Shown here: positions 56,738-64,000 of the stretch, piece after piece | Position numbering within the stretch: position 1 is the stretch's first letter | Layout: every line of letters begins with the position of its first letter | Source: an uncultured Nitrososphaerota archaeon | GTDB lineage: Archaea > Thermoproteota > EX4484-205 > JAAOZP01 | Assembly (NCBI GenBank): GCA_964416155.1 | Contig: CAYQCW010000009.1 | Coordinates: 1 to 64,000, forward strand | Reading direction: 5' to 3' | DNA length: 64,000 nucleotides | Notes under the pieces: model-generated | The model's database searches: none | Told to the model about the DNA's origin: nothing | What the model saw: only the letters and a program-made list of their open reading frames with translations | Position numbers and translations under genes: made by a program

Positions 56738-58581
56738 TCCAGTAAAGGAGTTTTCATACTCATAGTCTTCATCACTCTTGGAAACATGTTTGTTTTCTTA
56801 TGGGGGAATTGTGTCGCATCAATGAATTCTTTTTGAAACTCGCGAATCGTGTTTAGGTCGATTGCCCTCACTTTTCTTGCCACAAGCTCAGCTTCCTCCC
56901 TAACTTTTCTCGAGAGGAGGCTCATTACTGCACCTTGACCTGAGCCATTTCCTATCTGCACAATCTTGCTTAAAGGAAGCTCAGGGATCATGCCGACTAT
57001 CATGGCCGACCTTGGATCAATATAGTTTCCAAAGGCTCCTGCAATATATACTTTAGATATCTCGCTTAAGCTTACCCTCCCAATCCTTAGGAGAAGCAGG
57101 CATGCAGTAAATATGGCTGCCTTGGCAAGTTGAAAACTTCTGATGTCTGTCTGCGTTATGCAGATTCTCCGACCCTCCTTATTAACCGTTAACACGAAGG
57201 CCTTATCTCTATTAGTATTCACAATCCTCGGAATATTTAGGTCGGCAATCCGTCCCTTCTGATCTAAAACTCCGGCTATAAGCATCCATGCTACCGCATC
57301 AACAACTCCTGAGCCACATATTCCTCTCGGATCCGTGTCACCTATCGTCCTGTAGTAAACGTCAAAGTTTTCCACGTTAATCGAAACCGATTCTATCGCG
57401 CCATCCATTCCTCTCATACCGTTTGAAAGCCCAGCTCCTTCAATAGCTGGTCCCGCAGCTGTGGAGGATGCGAGCATCAGGTCCCCCGCTTTCAAGACGA
57501 CTTCACCGTTGGTTCCAAGGTCTATGAGGAGGGATTTCTCATCCTGCTCATGCATTCCTGAAACAAGTATGTCTGCAACCACGTCTCCACCAACGTAGCC
57601 GCTGATTAAGGGAAAAGTGTAACCAATCGCAGAATCGTTAACTCTAAGACCTGTTTCTCTAGCCTTGAAGCGAAGGCTAGACCTGAAAGGCGGCACGTAG
57701 GGTGCTGCTGCTATCGCCGAAACCTCCGCCCCATATAGGAGACTGGTCATAACTGTGTTCCCGGCGAAGGATAATTCGTAAATATCGGAGGGAGAACATT
57801 TGGCTTCATCAGCCGCATCCTGAATCAATTTGTTTATCGTTGCCAATACTTTGCTTTGAAGCTCCTCTAGGTTCCTGCCCCCTTTCACAGCATAGGTTAT
57901 CCTAGATATTACGTCGTCACCATACGTTATCTGACCGTTGTAATCCGATTTTACGGAGACGATTCGCCCGGTTTTCAGGCTGACCAGGTAGGCGACAACC
58001 GTGGTGGTGCCTACGTCTACAGCAACACCGTAAAGATCCTGGTCACGCCGCGGTCTAACATCCAGGATTTCATCCTCATGTAGGATCGCTTCCAAGTCCC
58101 ATTTTAATTCCCGCAGTTTACAGGGTAGCTTCTTAAGAAGCAGGCTGTCAATGGATTTCGCATTCACTGCTTGCAGGAGGCGTTCAGCATCAGACCTCTG
58201 GTCGGTGAGCGAGGGAGCATCTATCTTAGCGTTCACGCTTCTCGTTGCAGGGTAAAACCCGAAATCCTTAAAGCATCCCCATTCTAGTATCTTCCCCCTA
58301 GCCTGTCTAGAGGTTTGAGGAACCTTAATAGCAACGTCACCTATGATTCGCGCCTGACAGGCTAATCTGAACGATTTCGAAAAGCTTCTTACTTCTGCTT
58401 CCATCGAGGTTGGCTCGGTCAACCCGCTGCTGACAACCTCGACGACGCATTTTTTACAAACTCCGCGCCCTCCGCAAACGCTTTCAATGTTAATGCCCGC
58501 TTCTTTAAGCACAGCTAATAGATTTGACCCGTAAGGAGCTTGAACCCTAAAGCCTTCGGGTTGAATCATTACTAGGGGCAT
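56734..58581 (-). CDS. ATP-dependent corrinoid reductive activator (RACo/DUF4445, ASKHA) with N-terminal [2Fe-2S]
   Basis: CGG.G.C.KC...RLACQ, D.GTTT, G.DVISRI, GNT.M, GYVGGD, D.GTNGE, AAGPA.EG, GICGSG, AGAFG. Confidence 0.93.
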   Translation of the reverse strand: MPLVMIQPEGFRVQAPYGSNLLAVLKEAGINIESVCGGRGVCKKCVVEVVSSGLTEPTSMEAEVRSFSKSFRLACQARIIGDVAIKVPQTSRQARGKILEWGCFKDFGFYPATRSVNAKIDAPSLTDQRSDAERLLQAVNAKSIDSLLLKKLPCKLRELKWDLEAILHEDEILDVRPRRDQDLYGVAVDVGTTTVVAYLVSLKTGRIVSVKSDYNGQITYGDDVISRITYAVKGGRNLEELQSKVLATINKLIQDAADEAKCSPSDIYELSFAGNTVMTSLLYGAEVSAIAAAPYVPPFRSSLRFKARETGLRVNDSAIGYTFPLISGYVGGDVVADILVSGMHEQDEKSLLIDLGTNGEVVLKAGDLMLASSTAAGPAIEGAGLSNGMRGMDGAIESVSINVENFDVYYRTIGDTDPRGICGSGVVDAVAWMLIAGVLDQKGRIADLNIPRIVNTNRDKAFVLTVNKEGRRICITQTDIRSFQLAKAAIFTACLLLLRIGRVSLSEISKVYIAGAFGNYIDPRSAMIVGMIPELPLSKIVQIGNGSGQGAVMSLLSRKVREEAELVARKVRAIDLNTIREFQKEFIDATQFPHKKTNMFPRVMKTMSMKTPLLD

Positions 58582-58693
58582 GGGTGCAGCTCCAATAAAT
58601 AGTAAATAAACTTTAAAAAATGTTTAGCCTTAACAGCGCGGCTTCATCCTGTTCAGCGAAAAACTTTTATTTGTTCACTTTAAACCAGCCTTC

Positions 58694-59809
58694 ATGTTCT
58701 TTAAAGAGGATTGGGCCGAGGCTAAGGAGCGGCTCTCAGCCTGGTGGGGGAAAGATGCTTTAGACAGACCTCTTATACAAGTTTACGCTCCCCGAAGCAG
58801 TGCAAAGTATGCTTCAGAAGAGGATTTGAAGTTCAACTATGATCACTGGGGTTTTCCAAGAGCAATTAAGGATCCTGCTGCTATAAGCAGAAACATAAAG
58901 GGTTTTCGGAGGCAGTGCGCGGAAACATATTACGGTGGGGAAGCCTATCCGAACCTTTGGGTAAACCTGGGCCCAGGCGTCCTTGGGGCATACCTAGGTG
59001 CAGAACCAGTTCTGGAGAGTGAAACAGTATGGTTTGGAGCGCAAAGAAATAACGTGCTTGGGAAAAACTGGGAGGAGTTGCACCGCTTAGAGTTTGATCC
59101 CAGTAATGAATGGTGGATGTTTACGAAGAGAATAACTGAAGCTGCCTCTGAGACCTTGGCGGGATACAGTATTGTCGGCATGACTGATCTGGGTGGAATA
59201 CTGGACGTCGCAGCCTCGATGCGGGGCGCTGAAAACCTGGTTGTCGACCTTGTTAGGAATCCTCGAGACGTTAAATCCTTGTCTTCGAAAATCATAGACT
59301 ACTGGCACGCGTGTTACGACGAGTTGGACAGGATTATAAGAAGGAGAATAGAGGGTACTTCCGCCTGGATGGGCATTTGGTGTCCTGAAAAATGGTACCC
59401 GATACAGTGCGATTTCGCCTTCATGCTTTCTCCGAAGCTTTTCGACGAGTTTGTGCTGCCTCATGTTAAAGAACAGTGTGAAAGGCTTGACCGGGCAATA
59501 TACCATCTAGACGGCCCCGGGGAAATACCGCATTTAAACTCGTTGCTTAAAGTTGAGAGGCTAGACGGGATCCAGTGGGTACCAGGTGCGGTAGAAGAGC
59601 TGCAGGGAAACGATTGTGGATCGCCAAAATGGATACCTCTTTACAAGAGGATCTTGGAAGCCGGGAAGCTTATCGTGTTATACATGCCCAGGGAAAAAGT
59701 GATTCCGATGCTTAAGACACTCGGCTCTAAGAAAGTATTAATCCAGACTTTCTGCATCAGCGAAGCAGAAGCTAAAAAACTCGTAGCCGAGACTGAAAAC
59801 TTGCTGTGA
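58694..59809 (+). CDS. UROD/MtaA-superfamily protein (putative methyltransferase I)
   Basis: W......AWW....DRP, NLGPG, RG...L..D, QCDF..M.SP..F, YHLDG, IQWVPG. Confidence 0.75.
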   Translation: MFFKEDWAEAKERLSAWWGKDALDRPLIQVYAPRSSAKYASEEDLKFNYDHWGFPRAIKDPAAISRNIKGFRRQCAETYYGGEAYPNLWVNLGPGVLGAYLGAEPVLESETVWFGAQRNNVLGKNWEELHRLEFDPSNEWWMFTKRITEAASETLAGYSIVGMTDLGGILDVAASMRGAENLVVDLVRNPRDVKSLSSKIIDYWHACYDELDRIIRRRIEGTSAWMGIWCPEKWYPIQCDFAFMLSPKLFDEFVLPHVKEQCERLDRAIYHLDGPGEIPHLNSLLKVERLDGIQWVPGAVEELQGNDCGSPKWIPLYKRILEAGKLIVLYMPREKVIPMLKTLGSKKVLIQTFCISEAEAKKLVAETENLL

Positions 59810-59875
59810 AAACGTTTCATACAGTAGGAGTTCCGAGTGTTCGAAAGAATTTTAAAAGGTTAAAGGAGAGTTTGG

Positions 59876-61678
59876 TTATTTCGCTTTTATTTCGGGAACT
59901 GCGCCGAACTGCAGCTCGTATAGCTTGGCATACGCACCACCCTTATTCATAAGTTCTTCATGAGTCCCCTCCTCAATTATCCTTCCGTTCTCTAAGAACA
60001 ATATTCTATGTGCAAGCTTAACTGTGGAAAGCCTGTGGGCAATTATTATACATGTTCTTCCCTTCATAAGCTTCACCATGGCTTTCTGGAGAAGCGACTC
60101 AGTGTAGGAGTCCAAGCTGCTCGTCGCCTCATCCAGTATGAGGATCCTCGGATCCTTAAGCATGGTTCTTGCGAAGCTTATGAGCTGTCTTTCCCCGAGT
60201 GAGAGGTTTCCCCCTCCGGGGGACACTACTGTCTCATATTTCTGCGGCATCCTATTTATCAATTCGTCTAAGCCAAGTTCTGAAGCCACTCTCTTAACAT
60301 CTTCATCAGAAGCCTCCATGTTGCCAAGCCTTATGTTCTCCAGAATCGTGCCGTTAAACAGGACTGGTTCCTGCGGCACCAAAGCCACCTGTTTCCTGAG
60401 GGGTTTTAAAGAGAATTCCTTAACATTATAACCGTCTATCAAAACTTCTCCTGACTTGGAGTCATAAAGCCTCAGTATGAGGTTCGTTAAGGTTGTTTTA
60501 CCTGCTCCTGTTGGGCCGACTACAGCAACTATCTCACCCGGGTCAACTTGTAAGCTCAACCCTTGGAAAACAGTGTTCCCATCGTAATCGAAATGAACAT
60601 TCTTCAACTCTATTTTACCGGCTTTTATCTCGATCCATCTCGCTTCTTTAGACTCTACAACGCTGGGCTTCACCTTTAGGAAAAGATAGACTCTTTCAGC
60701 CGCCGCTAAGGCTGCCTGCAACGTGCTGTAGAAGGTTGTTAAAGTGATTATGGGCCTATAGAACATTTCAGCATATCCGTAGAATGCGATTAGAATACCG
60801 ATGCTGATTTCCCCGGAGACCACTAGGCTTCCCCCGTAAAGTATCAGTATCACGTAGGAAAGAGTTCTAACAGCGTCGAGCGAAGGCCTAATCATAGCGA
60901 AAACTATCCTCGCCCTAAGGTTTGTCCTCATCGTTTCAACGCTAAGCCTGTCAAAGAAAGCAATATCGACGTTTCTCCTCTCTGCGAATGATTGGGAAAC
61001 CCTTGAACCCGACACGCTTTGCTCAACACTGCTCGTCAACTCGCTAAGCTTTTCCCTGCTTTGCCTGTATGCCTGTCTTGTTTTAATTGCGAAATACCTT
61101 GAGATAAACAGCATTAAAGGCACTAGGGTGAGTGTTGCTAGGCTTAGCCCCACGTGTAGGGTGAACATGACGTACAGTGAGCCGAGGAGTGTTGCCGAGC
61201 CTATCATTGCTTCTATAGTTCCCGAGGTTGTTACTTCTCCGATAGAACTTATGTCGTTTATTATAAGTGAAATGATTTTACCGGTTCTCTCAACGTTAAC
61301 GTGCGCGATATCCATTTCCTCCATGTGTTTAAAGACAGTGCTTCTCATACTGTAAAGAAGCTTCTGATTTATCCTGCCAGTCAAGTTGCCTCTGGCTAAA
61401 CCTAAAAACCATCCTCCTGCAGCAATCCCCACTAACACGAGGACATATTTCACCAAGGCATCTGGATTACCCTGCATAATACCCTCGTCTATCAGAAGCC
61501 TGCCAACGTATGGGCTCACTACATTGAACCCTATTGATGCCAGCGCTACGAACACAAGCATGATTACATGGAGCTTCATAGGGGTTAACCATCGTAGGAG
61601 CCATGCGATGAGCGTTCTGGACGCTATTTCCCTAGGCTTCCCCTCGGCCTCAGCAGCTTGACGGAAATGCCAACCCAT
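59876..61678 (-). CDS. ABC exporter subunit (TMD plus NBD)
   Basis: GPTGAGKT, LSLGERQ, ILDEATS, AHRLST. Confidence 0.95.
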   Translation of the reverse strand: MGWHFRQAAEAEGKPREIASRTLIAWLLRWLTPMKLHVIMLVFVALASIGFNVVSPYVGRLLIDEGIMQGNPDALVKYVLVLVGIAAGGWFLGLARGNLTGRINQKLLYSMRSTVFKHMEEMDIAHVNVERTGKIISLIINDISSIGEVTTSGTIEAMIGSATLLGSLYVMFTLHVGLSLATLTLVPLMLFISRYFAIKTRQAYRQSREKLSELTSSVEQSVSGSRVSQSFAERRNVDIAFFDRLSVETMRTNLRARIVFAMIRPSLDAVRTLSYVILILYGGSLVVSGEISIGILIAFYGYAEMFYRPIITLTTFYSTLQAALAAAERVYLFLKVKPSVVESKEARWIEIKAGKIELKNVHFDYDGNTVFQGLSLQVDPGEIVAVVGPTGAGKTTLTNLILRLYDSKSGEVLIDGYNVKEFSLKPLRKQVALVPQEPVLFNGTILENIRLGNMEASDEDVKRVASELGLDELINRMPQKYETVVSPGGGNLSLGERQLISFARTMLKDPRILILDEATSSLDSYTESLLQKAMVKLMKGRTCIIIAHRLSTVKLAHRILFLENGRIIEEGTHEELMNKGGAYAKLYELQFGAVPEIKAK

Positions 61679-61679
61679 C

Positions 61680-63428
61680 CTACAGCTTCACCTCCTGAAA
61701 AGCATACTGTGAAACATATAGCTTAGCGTAGACTCCTCCTTTACTCATGAGTTCTTCATGTGTCCCATCCTCAACCACCTTACCGTCTTCAATAACAATT
61801 ATTCTTTCACTAAGTTTAAGCGTTGAAAGTCTCTGGGTGACTATGAAGACAGTCTTGTTCTTAACGAGTTCCCTCAGCGATTCGTATATTTCCTTTTCTG
61901 TTTCAGCATCCACGCTTGAAGTCGAATCGTCCAGAATCAGTATTGAGGGGTTTACGAGGAGGGCCCGGGCAATAGCCAGCCTCTGTCTCTGCCCTCCTGA
62001 AAGAGTAACTCCTCTCTCGCCTATAACAGTATCATACCCTTTTGGAAGGCCAGTTATGAAGTCGTGTATTCTCGCCGCCTTCGCCGCCCTCTCTATTTCA
62101 TCCTGCGTAGCGTTAGGCTTACCGTAAGCAATGTTTTCCCTTATGGTTGTGGGGAATAGGAAAACGTCTTGATGAACTATGCCTATGTTTTTCCTGAGCG
62201 AGCTTATCCTTACCTCTCTAATATCCACGCCATCTATCGTGATGCAGCCCTCCTGAGGATCGTAAAACCTTGGGATCAGCTTGATCACTGTGCTTTTCCC
62301 AGAGCCGGTTGCCCCCACTAAAGCCACTTTCTCCCCTGGCTTCACAGTAAAACTCATCCCCTTAAGTATCGGCTTATCATTATCGTAGCCGAACACCACA
62401 TTCTTAAAACATACTTCTCCCTTAACGTTTTTCAGCTCTATTGCACCGGGCTTCTCCTTAACCTCGGGCTCAGTATCGAGGACTTCGAATATTCTTCGCG
62501 CCGAGACCATTGCCTCCGCGTATCTCGACAATACGAACCCTATCGACATTATTGGCCAGACGAGCATGCCGAGGTACATCGTGAAGGTGACGAGCTGCCC
62601 TAGGCTGATCTCCCCCCTAATAGCTTGGAAGCCGCCATACCAGTATACGACTGCCGAGCCGACTCCGATTATTAATCCGAGCGAAGGCCATGTTAGCGAG
62701 CTAAGGAAGACGCTTCTCATGCCTATGTTGAATATCTCCCTGTTTTTCACCTCGAACCTTTTAAACATCTCTTCTTCTGCGCCCAGAGTCTTCAAAACCT
62801 TAAAGCCTGAAACGGTTTCCTGAATCATCGCACTCATCCCGCTTGTCTCTATCCAAATCCTTTCGAACAGGGGTCTTACAAAGCGGTTGAAAGACAGGGA
62901 AACAATACCTATGAAAGGCGTTATTGCCAGTGCTATTAGTGCTAGGCTAAAGTTGGTTGTTAAAAGTATTGTGACGACTATTATCAGAATAGCTACGGAG
63001 CCTATAATGTTTGGAAGCGCGAAACCGAGTAGTCTACCTATGTTCTCCGTGTCCCTAGTCACCCTGGTTATGATCTGTCCAGAGTCAACCTTGTCGTAGA
63101 AGCTGTACGATAAATCCTGAAGATGGCGGTAAATGCTTATTCGAATCCTGTAGACTATTTTCTGCGCTAAGGACTCGCTTAAATACTCGTTCAGAAATGA
63201 TATCCCTCCTGATAAAAGCGTCAGGACAATTATCGCCGCCGCATAAAACCATAATTCTGACAATGCTTTTACGATCGTTATGTCGATAACTCTCCCTGCG
63301 ATGATTGGGCTAACTATGTTCACTAAGGCTCCTAGTATGATCATGCTTAATGTTAATGGTAGCAGGGTTTTCTCCTGCTTAACGTACCCGAGGATTCTCA
63401 GGAAGGGGTGTTGGGTACTGCTCGACAT
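61680..63428 (-). CDS. ABC exporter subunit (TMD plus NBD, degenerate site), heterodimer partner
   Basis: GATGSGKS, LSGGQRQR, ILDDSTS, TQR. Confidence 0.95.
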   Translation of the reverse strand: MSSSTQHPFLRILGYVKQEKTLLPLTLSMIILGALVNIVSPIIAGRVIDITIVKALSELWFYAAAIIVLTLLSGGISFLNEYLSESLAQKIVYRIRISIYRHLQDLSYSFYDKVDSGQIITRVTRDTENIGRLLGFALPNIIGSVAILIIVVTILLTTNFSLALIALAITPFIGIVSLSFNRFVRPLFERIWIETSGMSAMIQETVSGFKVLKTLGAEEEMFKRFEVKNREIFNIGMRSVFLSSLTWPSLGLIIGVGSAVVYWYGGFQAIRGEISLGQLVTFTMYLGMLVWPIMSIGFVLSRYAEAMVSARRIFEVLDTEPEVKEKPGAIELKNVKGEVCFKNVVFGYDNDKPILKGMSFTVKPGEKVALVGATGSGKSTVIKLIPRFYDPQEGCITIDGVDIREVRISSLRKNIGIVHQDVFLFPTTIRENIAYGKPNATQDEIERAAKAARIHDFITGLPKGYDTVIGERGVTLSGGQRQRLAIARALLVNPSILILDDSTSSVDAETEKEIYESLRELVKNKTVFIVTQRLSTLKLSERIIVIEDGKVVEDGTHEELMSKGGVYAKLYVSQYAFQEVKL

Positions 63429-63549
63429 TTTTGAAAACCACTTCGTGCAAAAACTATTTAAAAGTTGCTGAGACGCTGGTTACGTGCACAAGCCAATATG
63501 TTTTGATTGAAGATGCGCCAGTGGCGCATGACGAAGGTTTTTAAAGGAT

Positions 63550-63999
63550 TTAAGTCACCGTTTCAAGAAGCACCCTGCTCCGCTCATCGACTTTATTAAT
63601 GTCCTCAACTATGTAAACATTATCGTTAATATCGATAATTACGATCTTCTCCCCAGATCTACTCACACTTCTCCTCCCCCTTGTTCTGAACTCCTTCAAT
63701 CCTCTATCCGTCTCAACATGCCATATGAACTCGTCTCCACTTGTCTCCAACTTCTTCACTCTTCTGATCACAGGCATGAAGTAGAGCTTCCCCAAAACTT
63801 CTTCAAGAGTTTTCCGCGAAAAACCGTCCATCTTCCTGTAGTCCTCTACTACGCATATCTCGTTTCCCTGAGCATCGGTGAATACCAGGAAATACGGGTT
63901 GCTTATTGGGAAAGGCTTCTTAGGAATCACCTCGAGAAATTCCCCGTTGCTTCCCACTATCTTTACCGTGTTCGCCCTATCCCCCTTAAAGACCCTTAT
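63550..63999 (-). CDS. DUF1854 family protein, 5'-partial
   Basis: FP.S.P, EI..V.D, YF.P.I, W.VETDRG, I.D...N.Y...D...D..S; frame open to the window edge. Confidence 0.85.
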   Translation of the reverse strand: MRVFKGDRANTVKIVGSNGEFLEVIPKKPFPISNPYFLVFTDAQGNEICVVEDYRKMDGFSRKTLEEVLGKLYFMPVIRRVKKLETSGDEFIWHVETDRGLKEFRTRGRRSVSRSGEKIVIIDINDNVYIVEDINKVDERSRVLLETVT

Positions 64000-64000
64000 C

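Noticed and set aside
1-64000. tRNA, rRNA or CRISPR array
   Set aside because: No cloverleaf/T-loop signatures, rRNA motifs or regularly spaced repeats seen; palindrome copies are irregularly spaced

Overview
Archaeal chromosomal window, judged from TATA-like promoters, PIN/UPF0175, MNT-HEPN and VapBC toxin-antitoxin pairs, and TldD/PmbA. Its gene content is a tetrahydrofolate C1 module (folC, 5-formyl-THF cyclo-ligase fused to an ECF S-component, folD, purN, MtrH/MtgA-like methyltransferase, fhs, MetF-like), a corrinoid methyltransferase module (MtaC-like, decayed mtaB, RACo-type activator, two UROD/MtaA-family proteins), a glycerol operon and many sugar-catabolism genes. This resembles a thermophilic TACK archaeon such as Brockarchaeota (inference). 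No rRNA, tRNA or CRISPR array was seen. The apparently intergenic DNA is largely gene debris (DUF86, MoaD, AcdA, glyA, NAD epimerase, transglutaminase-like, malic enzyme, FGGY kinase and TnpB relics). The most striking unexplained signal is a 12-bp palindrome, TAGCGCGCGCTA. It recurs outside intact genes and repeatedly sits at the point where a gene fragment is cut and joined to unrelated DNA. Two copies also bracket a ~110-nt predicted structured RNA with a TATA-like box. Other notable items are two TnpB/omegaRNA right-end relics bracketing the folate cluster and a ~1 kb insert between tldD and pmbA flanked by a degenerate duplication of the tldD 3' end. All family calls come from motifs read by eye, without database searches.
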